NCBI GenBank assembly: GCA_002254405.1
Contig: NJDH01000002.1
Span: 1 to 43,236, forward strand
Source of the DNA: Candidatus Altiarchaeales archaeon ex4484_96
GTDB lineage: Archaea; Altiarchaeota; Altiarchaeia; IMC4; QMZM01
DNA length: 43,236 nt
Direction of reading: 5' to 3'
Within the stretch, counting starts at the first letter, position 1; every line of letters starts with the position of its first letter. The position numbers were made by a program, and so were the translations under genes. Below are positions 1-9,432 of this stretch, in pieces. The notes beneath the pieces are model-generated. The model did no database searches. It was not told the origin of the DNA and was given only the letters and a program-made list of their open reading frames with translations.

Positions 1-51
1 GCCTTCCCCGCCCTTATCAACCCATCCGAGCCCCCCTAAAGGAAAACTTGA

Positions 52-125
52 TGCGGCTGTCGGGATTTGAACCCGAGTCGCAGGCTTGGCAAGCCCGAGT
101 GATAACCAGGCTACACTACAGCCGC
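52..125 (-). tRNA. tRNA-Gly(GCC)
   Basis: Reverse complement GCGGCTGTAGTGTAGCCTGGTTATCACTCGGGCTTGCCAAGCCTGCGACTCGGGTTCAAATCCCGACAGCCGCA folds to a cloverleaf; anticodon loop TT-GCC-AA, TTCAAAT T-loop, no encoded CCA. Confidence 0.97.
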
Positions 126-205
126 ATAAGGGATGATATTATAAGATTAAATCAATAAATAAAATATAATAGCATATATAATAGCATAAAAAAAAAAAGG
201 ATAAA

Positions 206-1198
206 ATGCTAGCTTATCTTATTGTTTTCGTGGTATCCTTTCTAAGCACATACCTGAGCGCCCCATGGATTATGCCCAAACTAAAAAGAGCCGGATTAAC
301 CGGGGTCGACGTGAACAAAAAAAACAAACCAACACTACCCGAGATGGGGGGATTCATAATAGTCGGAGGATTCTCAGCAGGAGTGCTGTCTATGATTTTC
401 ATGCACACCTTCAGCCAACACATACAATCCATCCTAGGCATCAGCCTAATAAACGAATTAGAACTAAAACTCGTATTAGCCTCACTTAGCACAATACTAA
501 TCATGACCATCGTAGGAATCTTCGACGACCTGTTCGCAATGAGACAATCCATTAAAGCACTCCTCCCCCTGTTCGCCGCCCTCCCGCTGGTTGCCGTGCA
601 AGCAGGAATATCAACCATGAAATTCCCCTTATTGGGGACAATAGATTTCGGGATACTCTATGCCCTTGTACTAATACCTGTTGGCATAACCGGAGCATCA
701 AATGTGACAAACATGCTAGCCGGATTCAACGGATTAGAGGCGGGTATGGGTTTTATTGCCTGCATGTCTCTAGCATTCATAGCATGGCATATTAACAGCG
801 CAGAGGCATTGCTTCTATTGCTTTCAATGGCAGCGGCATTGCTTGCTTTCCTCAGATACAACTGGTATCCTGCAAAGCTATTAATGGGGGATATTGGAAC
901 CCTCTCCATCGGGACCGTATTAGCCGCATCAGTTATAGTGGGGAACTATGAGACAGCGGGGGTTATCGTCACCCTACCCTACATCATGGATTTTATTATC
1001 AAATTAATTAACAGGTTTCCAAGCGACAACTGGTGGGGTGAGCCGATAAACGATAAACTAACCTGCAACAACAAACCAATAAGCCTCTGCCAGTGGATTA
1101 TGAAACTAAGCGGGGGAATAAAAGAAACACATTTGGTGATATTATTAATCTCTATCGAATTAATATTTGGAGCAGCAGCTATTTACTCAGTGATTTAG
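206..1198 (+). CDS. aglH: UDP-GlcNAc:dolichyl-phosphate GlcNAc-1-phosphotransferase (MraY/GPT family, AglH-like)
   Basis: Polytopic membrane protein with G.DVNK..LPEMGG, GIFDD, NVTNMLAGFNGLE and YNWYPAKLLMGDIG motifs. Confidence 0.85.
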   Translation: MLAYLIVFVVSFLSTYLSAPWIMPKLKRAGLTGVDVNKKNKPTLPEMGGFIIVGGFSAGVLSMIFMHTFSQHIQSILGISLINELELKLVLASLSTILIMTIVGIFDDLFAMRQSIKALLPLFAALPLVAVQAGISTMKFPLLGTIDFGILYALVLIPVGITGASNVTNMLAGFNGLEAGMGFIACMSLAFIAWHINSAEALLLLLSMAAALLAFLRYNWYPAKLLMGDIGTLSIGTVLAASVIVGNYETAGVIVTLPYIMDFIIKLINRFPSDNWWGEPINDKLTCNNKPISLCQWIMKLSGGIKETHLVILLISIELIFGAAAIYSVI

Positions 1199-1199
1199 G

Positions 1200-2516
1200 A
1201 TGGAGAAAAAAGATTTTATCGTAATAGGAGGAGGAGTAAGCGGATTATTAAGCGCATTAGCCTTAGGCAAGGAAGGCCATGATGTTCTGGTGCTGGAAAA
1301 AGAAGAACACCTTGGAGGAGTATGCCGCTCTTATAGGGTTGAAGGATACCAGGTAGACACCGGACCACATATAATAACAAGAGTAGCTCAAGGCCCCTTA
1401 AAGCATCTAATAGACAACTACTTTGACATAATCCCCAACTTCACACCACACGGACGCTACTATGTAGTATTAAACAACAGAGTTAAACCATTCCCCTGGA
1501 ACATGAGAGACTGGGTTTCATTCGACCTGCTACCTCAAACCGACAGAATGTATCTCATGAAAACACTATTTAGCATATCATATCTATTCAACAAAGGAGA
1601 GGATTTATCCAAGAAATCAGTTGCAGACTTCATAGGAAACGGATTAAGCCAGTCGACTATCAGGTTCCTCAACTGTATGTCTTATTTCATGACCGGAGCC
1701 CCGATGGAGAAAACACCTGTTGAGAGATTTATTGACTCAGAACACTATAAAAGCCAGTCAAGAGGGGTGCTGGATAAAATATACAATATCCTCATGAAGG
1801 AGGGAGCTCAGGATCAAGTATACCCCAAGGGGGGTGTACAGTCCATTATTACCTCTATCATCTCATCATTACCCAAAAAAAGGGTTGAAATAAAAACAGG
1901 GGATGAGGTTTTACGTATCAATCATGCCGAGAAAACAATAGAATCAACGGGAGGGGAATACAGGTATAATACCTTAATATACTCGGGTTTCGCATCTGAT
2001 CTACCGAAGCTGACAGAAAACAATCTACCCGAGAACTACAAGCATTCTCTCAGCAGACTAAACAGGATTAATGCCTTAACTCTATGGTTGGGTTTAAATG
2101 AGAAAATATTCAACAGAGAAGGCTCCGAGATATGGGTGGACTCCAACCCCTACACCTGGGTTGTTCCGGTCTCAAACTATGATCCTAATCTCTCACCTAA
2201 GGGTAAACAGCTGGTTGGTTTCGCCTTCAGCCTGCCTCATGGATTCAACGAAAACAAAGAAAGAAAAAGATCCCTAAAAAGCATATATGAGATAAACCCC
2301 AAAATAGAGGAGAAAGTGGATATGATACATTACCAGATGCTTATACCCGAGAAGGCGGTGTGGACTATCGACACCCTTTTTGCGGATGTTAAAACCCCCA
2401 TGGACAGCCTGTATCTGGTTGGTACTGACACGGAAGGCAGGAGTATGGGTGTCACCAGAGCCTCCTATTCAGTGAAGAAACTGCTTTCTAATCTAAGAGA
2501 AGATAAGGTAATCTAA
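1200..2516 (+). CDS. FAD-dependent oxidoreductase, phytoene dehydrogenase/amine oxidase-like
   Basis: N-terminal VIGGGVSGL..E..LGG.CRS..VDTGPH dinucleotide-binding motif, YPKGG; starts 1 bp after the upstream stop. Confidence 0.8.
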   Translation: MEKKDFIVIGGGVSGLLSALALGKEGHDVLVLEKEEHLGGVCRSYRVEGYQVDTGPHIITRVAQGPLKHLIDNYFDIIPNFTPHGRYYVVLNNRVKPFPWNMRDWVSFDLLPQTDRMYLMKTLFSISYLFNKGEDLSKKSVADFIGNGLSQSTIRFLNCMSYFMTGAPMEKTPVERFIDSEHYKSQSRGVLDKIYNILMKEGAQDQVYPKGGVQSIITSIISSLPKKRVEIKTGDEVLRINHAEKTIESTGGEYRYNTLIYSGFASDLPKLTENNLPENYKHSLSRLNRINALTLWLGLNEKIFNREGSEIWVDSNPYTWVVPVSNYDPNLSPKGKQLVGFAFSLPHGFNENKERKRSLKSIYEINPKIEEKVDMIHYQMLIPEKAVWTIDTLFADVKTPMDSLYLVGTDTEGRSMGVTRASYSVKKLLSNLREDKVI

Positions 2517-2523
2517 TCACTGA

Positions 2524-2679
2524 TTATTTTTTCCGAAACTCAGTGTAACCACATTTACCACAGGTATCCCTGTCGCTGTGATGAGCCATAAACACACCAT
2601 CACCGCATTTAGGACATGTCTTGTTTTTTCTCTTAACCTTATCCCCTGATGTATCATATTGCTCCCATTTGTTAACCAT
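2524..2679 (-). CDS. rps27ae: 30S ribosomal protein S27ae (eS31)
   Basis: Not in ORF track; hand translation [51 protein letters not shown] with C2-C2 zinc ribbon; follows rps24e; AGGTGA SD. Confidence 0.96.
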   Translation of the reverse strand: MVNKWEQYDTSGDKVKRKNKTCPKCGDGVFMAHHSDRDTCGKCGYTEFRKK

Positions 2680-2688
2680 AGCAATCAC

Positions 2689-3159
2689 CTAATCCTCCTT
2701 GGACTCGGCCTTTACTTCCTCCGTAGAGTCAGCCTTGGGTTCATCCGTGGGTTCAGCCTTAGACTCATCCTTGGGTTCATCCGTGGGTTCAGCCTTAGAC
2801 TCATCCGTGGGTTCAGCCTTGGGTTCATCCGTGGGTTCAGCCTTGGGTTCATCCTTAGACTCCTTCTTGACTTCATCCTTGGACTCCTTTGGGAAGTTTC
2901 TTGCAAGCCTATGCTTGGGTTCGACCCTCATACTCTCAGCATCAAAATAAACCTTCACCAAACCCTTCGCCGAATTCATACCATACTCTGTACTATATGA
3001 ATCCAATATAGTCAATTTACTATCTGAGCTCAGCACAGATAAAAGCTTTTTCCTCACATCAGCCCGGGAGGGCGTAATACCCTCAAAGCTGATTATGAAA
3101 TCATACTCCTTCCTTTTCAAAAGAGGATTATCTCTTTCTTCGATTATCTCGATATTCAT
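2689..3159 (-). CDS. rps24e: 30S ribosomal protein S24e with acidic repetitive C-terminal tail
   Basis: ERDNPLLKRKE, TPSRADVR, YGM...G..KVY motifs; conserved operon position. Confidence 0.95.
   Translation of the reverse strand: MNIEIIEERDNPLLKRKEYDFIISFEGITPSRADVRKKLLSVLSSDSKLTILDSYSTEYGMNSAKGLVKVYFDAESMRVEPKHRLARNFPKESKDEVKKESKDEPKAEPTDEPKAEPTDESKAEPTDEPKDESKAEPTDEPKADSTEEVKAESKED
2700..2889 (-). repeat. Coding tandem repeat (12/24-bp modules, KAEPTDEP) in rps24e
   Basis: Four copies of TCATCCGTGGGTTCAGCCTT plus degenerate 12-bp variants on the + strand. Confidence 0.93.
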
Positions 3160-3160
3160 T

Positions 3161-3658
3161 TTAACCCATCCGCTCCATCATATTATTGACCTTCACTCTC
3201 ATACCCTCAGTTACCTCAACAGCAACCAAGCCCTCACCAGGCTGCCCGTAGACCACCACCGAGCCCAGGGGAGCAAGCTTGATAGCAACCAAGGTAACCA
3301 AATCCTCCTCACCATCGATATATAATTTATATTTCTCATCAGAATCAAAAACCTCACCCAGCACCCGAAAAACCTCAGGAGTTAACAAACCAGCTGGGTT
3401 TTTGACTTCCAACAACTTAGCCTTAAACTGCTCAATAACCGAGGACACCCCAACATACTTCCTTTTTATTCTACCATCATATACTATGAGCCAGGGATAA
3501 AAACCAGCCTCCAAGGCATCCTGGGAAACCCTATCCCCCACGCACACAAGATTATCTGATTCAACCCGTAAATCACGGATATCGCAAAACACCTCACCCA
3601 AGGGTTTTTTCAGCCCCTTACGTAAAGAGGGGGGAAGCCTTAAAATCTTATACTCCAT
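3161..3658 (-). CDS. GTP-dependent dephospho-CoA kinase (DUF359)
   Basis: LKKPLG, VGDRVS, D.RIKR, NPAG, DGEEDL, YGQPGEG motifs; typical position between spt4 and rps24e. Confidence 0.9.
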   Translation of the reverse strand: MEYKILRLPPSLRKGLKKPLGEVFCDIRDLRVESDNLVCVGDRVSQDALEAGFYPWLIVYDGRIKRKYVGVSSVIEQFKAKLLEVKNPAGLLTPEVFRVLGEVFDSDEKYKLYIDGEEDLVTLVAIKLAPLGSVVVYGQPGEGLVAVEVTEGMRVKVNNMMERMG

Positions 3659-3660
3659 AA

Positions 3661-3837
3661 TCACCTGACCTTCAAAGCATACTCTCCAGGGGTTTTAATG
3701 CTCATCTTAGCTGCTATCTGTGAATTATCAGGGTCAACAACAGCTAAATAACCACTCCAATACTGGGAGGTATGCGCCCCGCATACGGGACATACATCTT
3801 CTTCCGCAATCCTCATGCACTTCTTACATGCTCTCAT
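3661..3837 (-). CDS. spt4: Transcription elongation factor Spt4 (RpoE'')
   Basis: Not in ORF track; hand translation MRACKKCMRIAEEDVCPVCGAHTSQYWSGYLAVVDPDNSQIAAKMSIKTPGEYALKVR; overlaps rpoE1 stop (ATGA). Confidence 0.96.
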   Translation of the reverse strand: MRACKKCMRIAEEDVCPVCGAHTSQYWSGYLAVVDPDNSQIAAKMSIKTPGEYALKVR

Positions 3838-4424
3838 TTTTTCTCAATATCCCCGGTTTTCTTATTTTTGACCTCATCCAATCGCTTCCTCTCATCCTCA
3901 AGCCAATCCAGCTTACCCAGATAAGGCTGTCGCATCGTCAAACCCACCTTAGAGTCCGAGAACCGAGGTTTAAGGCTGACCGAAACAATCCTGGCTCTCA
4001 CCATATCATCCTTTTTAAGTATCTTCTTGCTTTCCTTACCCACCAGTGAAGCATTTTTCATATCATATCCTACAAAATCCTCTGTAACCTGAGAAACATG
4101 AACCAATCCATCCATTGGACCAAAATTAACGAAAGCACCGAATTCGGTTATCTCGGTTACAATACCCTCAACAACCTCATTAAGCCTAGGCTGATATACG
4201 AGAACCTCAAGAAGGCACTCATAGTATACCGCACCATCCCCCATGACAATCTTGCCTTCACCGGTATTTTTTACCTTATTCACTGCCAATATTATGCCAA
4301 CGTTTTTATCTATCATACCAGCTGAAGTGGACTCGTACTCTGAGACAATAACCTTATCCAACTCCTCCCCAAAACGCCTTGGAGGGACCCTGACCGTGTC
4401 CTTGATTGTAAGTAGTTTATACAT
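3834..4424 (-). CDS. rpoE1: DNA-directed RNA polymerase subunit E' (Rpo7)
   Basis: DTVRVPP..FG, GDGAVY, S1 domain FGAFVNFGPMDGLVHVSQ, GLTMRQPYLGKLDW. Confidence 0.96.
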   Translation of the reverse strand: MYKLLTIKDTVRVPPRRFGEELDKVIVSEYESTSAGMIDKNVGIILAVNKVKNTGEGKIVMGDGAVYYECLLEVLVYQPRLNEVVEGIVTEITEFGAFVNFGPMDGLVHVSQVTEDFVGYDMKNASLVGKESKKILKKDDMVRARIVSVSLKPRFSDSKVGLTMRQPYLGKLDWLEDERKRLDEVKNKKTGDIEKK

Positions 4425-4462
4425 TATACCACCAAATAATAGATTAATATTTTGCTTTTAAT

Positions 4463-5386
4463 CTAAAAAACCCCCTCAATTAATGGGACAATCTGCTTTT
4501 TCCTTGACATAACACCATCCAGATAAACCCTGTTGTCTTTAACCTCAACATCAAAAGCTGCCTCTATTTTATTTGATAAGCCGGAAACCAAAAGCTCGGA
4601 GCCCTCATCCATTATGTTAGTCACCATCAAAACCAGCAGATCATAATCTTTGGATTCTCTGATATCATTGAGTTCATCTAAAAGCTCATCCCGCCTCATC
4701 TCGGATTCCGCACTATCCACCACCTCAATCTGCCCTATGCCCACTTTGCTGTTTTTGAAGTCGAAGTCCTTGAAGTCTGAGTAGATAATCTGGTTGGCTG
4801 ATAAACCCTCAAGAGAGGATTTAGCTTTCTTAACCTCTATGCCGAAGGCTTTGATATCATTTATTTTAGCCAATTGAGCCATCTTCTTTGCGACCCTCCA
4901 ATCCTTCTCGGTGGTGGTAGCGGACTTGAATACCACGGTATCCGATAAAATAGCGGACAACAACAAACCGGCTATTCCTTCATCAATGTTTTTCGCGGTG
5001 GAAAGGAACATGTCTCCCAGTATGGTTGCTGTTGAACCCACAGGTTCGTTAAGATAGTATATGGGCTCAGAGCACTTGAAGTTAATCTTATGATGGTCTA
5101 TCACCTCCAATATCTGAGCCCCATCATATCCCTCAACAGACTGGCTTTTCTCGTTGTGGTCGACTAATATAATATTCAATCCAGTAGCATCCTCAAGTAA
5201 AACAGGTTCGCTGAAACCAAACCGCTCTAATACATAAGCTGTCTCCGAATTCATCTCACCCATTCTGGCCGCAATATATTCGTTTCCGGGATCAACCTGG
5301 TTTTTGAATTCAGCGTACGCTAAAGCCGAACATATTGAATCAGTGTCCGGGTTCATATGCCCTATCACGTATATTTTTTCGCTCAT
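4463..5386 (-). CDS. ppaC: Manganese-dependent inorganic pyrophosphatase (family II, DHH/DHHA2)
   Basis: GHMNPDTDSICSA, LVDHNE, IDHH, AILSDT, MSRKKQIVP. Confidence 0.95.
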   Translation of the reverse strand: MSEKIYVIGHMNPDTDSICSALAYAEFKNQVDPGNEYIAARMGEMNSETAYVLERFGFSEPVLLEDATGLNIILVDHNEKSQSVEGYDGAQILEVIDHHKINFKCSEPIYYLNEPVGSTATILGDMFLSTAKNIDEGIAGLLLSAILSDTVVFKSATTTEKDWRVAKKMAQLAKINDIKAFGIEVKKAKSSLEGLSANQIIYSDFKDFDFKNSKVGIGQIEVVDSAESEMRRDELLDELNDIRESKDYDLLVLMVTNIMDEGSELLVSGLSNKIEAAFDVEVKDNRVYLDGVMSRKKQIVPLIEGVF

Positions 5387-5388
5387 TT

Positions 5389-5778
5389 TTAACATAACCC
5401 CAAGTTTTTACCTGAACGCATGCATATTATATCAACACCCCTATCTCTCAGGCTTTTTTTCAACATCGCATCAGCCGTGCAAACCATTATTTTTTTATCT
5501 TTGTTCAAGTCAACATATTTGATTATGTAATCGTCCACGTTCCCTATGCTTTCCAGGAGCTTGAAATCTTTTTTTTCTATCAGCTCCAAAGCAACCCTCG
5601 CAGCCACACCATCAACTCCCCTGGATGCATTGGATATCGATTTGAGCTCCTTCAGCACACCCGTGAAGGTAATAATCTCATGTCTTTCGCTTACCAGCTC
5701 ATTTAATGCATTTATTATATCGATTTTGTTTTTATGTGATATCATGAAAAAATTTGTGTCAATGATAATATCAATCAT
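5389..5778 (-). CDS. PIN-domain protein (Fcf1/Utp24-like)
   Basis: IIDTNF, V..EL, VDD.I, VCTAD..LK; conserved position after eif2g. Confidence 0.88.
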   Translation of the reverse strand: MIDIIIDTNFFMISHKNKIDIINALNELVSERHEIITFTGVLKELKSISNASRGVDGVAARVALELIEKKDFKLLESIGNVDDYIIKYVDLNKDKKIMVCTADAMLKKSLRDRGVDIICMRSGKNLGLC

Positions 5779-5783
5779 CTTAT

Positions 5784-7001
5784 TTATTCAAACACCGTTC
5801 CATAGCCGATAAGACGCCATCTGGCTCCGAAACGTCTGCTTAAAGCCAGCCTGTCACCCCCCTCAACGCAAATAGGCAGCTTCAAACTTAATTGGGTCTT
5901 CCCAGGGTCCTGCACTACACCCACAGTAACAGCAGAGCCCGCAGCAAGCATCAGTGTTTCAGATTTCGCCAGAGGTTTGATTTTTATGTTATCCTTGCTT
6001 CCAATAAGCTTATCCAGCAAGCTAACCTCAAGATTTATTTTATCTCTAGCAGCCGGGACACTGCCAGGGTATCCCATAACATTCCCTGATAGGTTATCGG
6101 CTTTGGTTAAAGCAGGATCAAGCTTTGTTCCAATAGCAATCAACCCACCCGGACCCGCCTCCTCAAGAATTGCGTTGCCTGCGTTCAAGCTGACTATCTC
6201 GCTTTTCAGAGGATAATAACTGTTTTTCTTTTTCACTCCAGGGGATAACTCTATTTCATCACCTATCCTGAATCTACCCTGATAAAGCGAGCCACCCACA
6301 ACACCGCCTTTTATCAAATCAGGTTCCGTTCCGGGACGGTTTACATCAAATGAGCGCGCTATCCTCATCTTAGGCTCCTTTTGCATATCTCTTTCGGGTG
6401 TGGGAATATACTGCTCAATAGCCTTGATTAAGACATCAGTGTTTATGTCATAGTGCGCTGCTATGGGGATGATAACCGCCTGCTTAAGGCTCGAATCCTC
6501 GATAAAGGACTTAATCTGCTCGTAGTTTTTCTTGGCCTCCTCTTTTGAAACCAAATCAATCTTGTTTTGGGCTATGACTATCTTTTTAACACCCAGTATC
6601 TCCAATGCCATTAAATGCTCTGCAGTCTGAGACTGAGGGCACTCCTCGTTTGCTGCGATAACCAACACAGCCCCGTCCATTATAGCAGCACCGGACAGCA
6701 TCGTAGCCATCAAGGTCTCGTGCCCGGGTGAGTCAACAAAAGAAACCTTCCTTAAAAGCTTTGTTTCAATACCGCAGTTTGGGCATATTTTTTTGACACA
6801 ATAACACTCGGGTTCATCGCATTTAGGGCATTTATAGAAGGAACAATCAGCGTAACCTAAGCGGATGGAGACCCCCCTTTTAATCTCCTCAGAGTGTTTA
6901 TCGGTCCATATACCAGATAAAGCCTTTGTCAGGGTTGTTTTACCATGATCGACGTGACCGACGAGGCCGATGTTTATTTCAGGCTGAGCATTAGATGACA
7001 T
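5784..7001 (-). CDS. eif2g: Translation initiation factor 2 subunit gamma
   Basis: QPEINIGLVGHVDHGKTT, EEIKRGVSIRLGY, zinc knuckle, DSPGHE, QNKID, WRLIGYG. Confidence 0.98.
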   Translation of the reverse strand: MSSNAQPEINIGLVGHVDHGKTTLTKALSGIWTDKHSEEIKRGVSIRLGYADCSFYKCPKCDEPECYCVKKICPNCGIETKLLRKVSFVDSPGHETLMATMLSGAAIMDGAVLVIAANEECPQSQTAEHLMALEILGVKKIVIAQNKIDLVSKEEAKKNYEQIKSFIEDSSLKQAVIIPIAAHYDINTDVLIKAIEQYIPTPERDMQKEPKMRIARSFDVNRPGTEPDLIKGGVVGGSLYQGRFRIGDEIELSPGVKKKNSYYPLKSEIVSLNAGNAILEEAGPGGLIAIGTKLDPALTKADNLSGNVMGYPGSVPAARDKINLEVSLLDKLIGSKDNIKIKPLAKSETLMLAAGSAVTVGVVQDPGKTQLSLKLPICVEGGDRLALSRRFGARWRLIGYGTVFE

Positions 7002-7010
7002 TCTATGAGA

Positions 7011-7433
7011 TTATTCCTTTTTTTCCTCCTTGGTTTTTTCCCCGGAATCCTCGGCTTTACCAACCCCAAGAAGATCAACTATGCTTTTTTTACCTGACTT
7101 TAAGACTTTAGTGTTAATCTGCGCCGTGTTCTCATCCACACGCCCCCCTCTAACTGTTTTCTTCTTTCGGATTTTGCCTTTAGGGCGGTATCCACTACCC
7201 CCCTTCAGTAAAACCTTCACCATCGCAGACCCCCTAACACCTTTTTTCAACGGGAAACCGGATTTATCGCTTCCCCCGGTTATCTCAAGGCTGTATCCGG
7301 TGAGACCCAGAAAGGAAGCATCAAATGATTCACCTATTCTCATCCCATTAAGTCTTTTCGCCTTCTCGTCTTTAACCTCCTGCTGGTAGCTTCTCCCATC
7401 CTTTGGATTTGATATCGTAATCTTGTATTCCAT
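7011..7433 (-). CDS. rps6e: 30S ribosomal protein S6e
   Basis: ISNPKDG, ITGGSDKSGFP, RKKKTVRG, QIN.K. Confidence 0.96.
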   Translation of the reverse strand: MEYKITISNPKDGRSYQQEVKDEKAKRLNGMRIGESFDASFLGLTGYSLEITGGSDKSGFPLKKGVRGSAMVKVLLKGGSGYRPKGKIRKKKTVRGGRVDENTAQINTKVLKSGKKSIVDLLGVGKAEDSGEKTKEEKKE

Positions 7434-7511
7434 TTTCAAACCAGATAAAAAAAAAACATTAAATCAAGAAATGTGGTCTAATGATATAAGAATAAAATAA
7501 TAAAAAAGGGC

Positions 7512-9389
7512 TTAAACCCCCATTTCACTTATCTTCTTTTTTATCAGAGCGCTTACGGCTTTGCCGTCGGCTCCTCCCCCAAACTCACTTAATACCTTGC
7601 CAGTTAAGGGGCCAACAGCCCTTAAACCCTGTTCTTTTATGAAAACCTGGTTTTCTTCAACTATTTTATCAACAACATCAAGCAATCCCTTATTGGATGC
7701 CATACCCAGTTTTTCATCCCTTACAATATCCTCCACGGTTTTAGCGGGATTACGCGCTATTCCAAGCAGAACCTTAATAACCGAGTCCCTCGATATTTTA
7801 CCCTCACCCAGATAATCAAATAACATCCTAAAATGATGCTCCCCCAGGTGTTTGACCTCAACATCAAACCTCTTTTTGATTTCCTTCGGCGTGGAGGTTA
7901 AGGTTGTAGCCATAAAAGTCGGGTCAACATTAGGGTACTCATCCACCAACCCGATAAACCTCTGATTTACCGCAGACCGCAACACTTGGTTGGCTAATTC
8001 CTCGCTTAAGCCCACCCTAAGATAATCCTTAATCAATTCATCCGGTTTTTTCGGCAGATTCTTTTTTAATCTAGAAATCGTTTTATCGCTTAATTTGATA
8101 AGAGGCTCATCGGTCTCTGGATACATCCTGGCTGAACCGGGCAGAGGCCGCATATACACTGTTTTACCATCCCCTGTTGATCTGCGGGTTTCCTCGGGAA
8201 CGCCCTCAAATGCCTTAACACACCTGTTAAACAGAGTATTAGAGACCATCTGTGCTGTTTTTTTGTTCTCCAGGAAAATAGCGTATGCGTCGTTTACGCC
8301 CTCGCATAATCTATTGCCTAATAGCTTAACCTCCTTAGAAGAAAGCCCGTAACCGGGTAGTTCATCAGAGTGTATAATGCCTTTAACGCCTGAGATGTTT
8401 TTTGCATACTGTGCCAGCTCTGGGCCCAGTTTATTTTTCAACAAACCCCTGAAACCAGGTAATCTCATAGCATACACGCGGGCTTTGGAATCCAACCTTT
8501 TTATGAAAAACTTCGACTTTGTTTCAGAGAAATAATCGGTTAAATCAATCAGTTCATGCACTAAATCGGATTTCTTAACCCCCCTGTTTTTTAATTCCTT
8601 CAATACCTCAAGAAGCATCAACTGCCTTTTAACCTCAGCTGCCATCACCTTATCTATTAATTTTAAATCCTGCACCCCCTTGATTTCAATGCGCTCACCC
8701 CCCTTAATCGAGACATTCAAATCCTGCCTGATAGTGCCCAAACCCCTTTTAACCCTGCCGGTTGCCCTCAAAAGCAGACCAAGTTTCTCGGCAACCTCCC
8801 TGGCATGCTTTGGGTTTTTTATGTCGGGGCTGGTCCCCAGCTCCACCAGGGGAATGCCAAGGCGGTCAAGGCGGTATACTGTTGTATTGGATTCCGTCCT
8901 TATTTTACGCGCCGCATCCTCCTCCAGGCATATCAGGGGGATGTCCACCCGCCCCTCGCTCGTTTTAAGAAACCCGTCAACTGCGACAAGCATTGTTCTC
9001 TGGAAACCCGAGGTGTTTGAGCCGTCTATCACGGTTTTTCTCATCACCTGCATCTCATCCACCAAAGAGCCGTTAAGCAAAAGAGATATCTCACATACTA
9101 TCTCCAAAGCCTCCTGATTAAGCAGGTGAGGCGGCTCTTCGTCCAGCTCAACAAGGCAATTCAAATCAGCGTATGCTTCATAAACAAAGCGCCTGTTCCT
9201 ATAAAACTCATGCAGGGCAGCCGGGTCCACCTCGCCTATTTCGCCCGCAACAGCCCTCATCCGCCGCTCCACCCTAAAATCAGGTTCATCCTCAGCTATC
9301 ACCGAAGGACAGCCGCAGAAAAGCTTATGGGTGTCAAGCTGCTGGTGTATTTCTATCCCCGCCTTAAATCCAAGTTTCTTATAGTCCAT
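7512..9389 (-). CDS. gatE: Glutamyl-tRNA(Gln) amidotransferase subunit E
   Basis: Starts MDYKKLGFKAGIEIHQQL (the ORF-track extension to 9656 is spurious); DGSNTSGFQRT, GLGTIRQDLNVSI, RPLPGSARMYPETD. Confidence 0.97.
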   Translation of the reverse strand: MDYKKLGFKAGIEIHQQLDTHKLFCGCPSVIAEDEPDFRVERRMRAVAGEIGEVDPAALHEFYRNRRFVYEAYADLNCLVELDEEPPHLLNQEALEIVCEISLLLNGSLVDEMQVMRKTVIDGSNTSGFQRTMLVAVDGFLKTSEGRVDIPLICLEEDAARKIRTESNTTVYRLDRLGIPLVELGTSPDIKNPKHAREVAEKLGLLLRATGRVKRGLGTIRQDLNVSIKGGERIEIKGVQDLKLIDKVMAAEVKRQLMLLEVLKELKNRGVKKSDLVHELIDLTDYFSETKSKFFIKRLDSKARVYAMRLPGFRGLLKNKLGPELAQYAKNISGVKGIIHSDELPGYGLSSKEVKLLGNRLCEGVNDAYAIFLENKKTAQMVSNTLFNRCVKAFEGVPEETRRSTGDGKTVYMRPLPGSARMYPETDEPLIKLSDKTISRLKKNLPKKPDELIKDYLRVGLSEELANQVLRSAVNQRFIGLVDEYPNVDPTFMATTLTSTPKEIKKRFDVEVKHLGEHHFRMLFDYLGEGKISRDSVIKVLLGIARNPAKTVEDIVRDEKLGMASNKGLLDVVDKIVEENQVFIKEQGLRAVGPLTGKVLSEFGGGADGKAVSALIKKKISEMGV

Positions 9390-9432
9390 CTGTGAGTATA
9401 TTTTTATGTGATAGAGTATTATTAATTGAGTG

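Noticed and set aside
1-40. G-rich minus-strand segment just downstream of tRNA-Gly, possibly the 5' end of a structural RNA (SRP or RNase P)
   Set aside because: Truncated by the window edge and no diagnostic motif visible; cannot be supported
2659-3000. Repetitive alternative-frame ORFs and a CRISPR-like look of the 24-bp repeat
   Set aside because: Repeats are contiguous with no unique spacers and lie inside rps24e; the other ORFs are shadows
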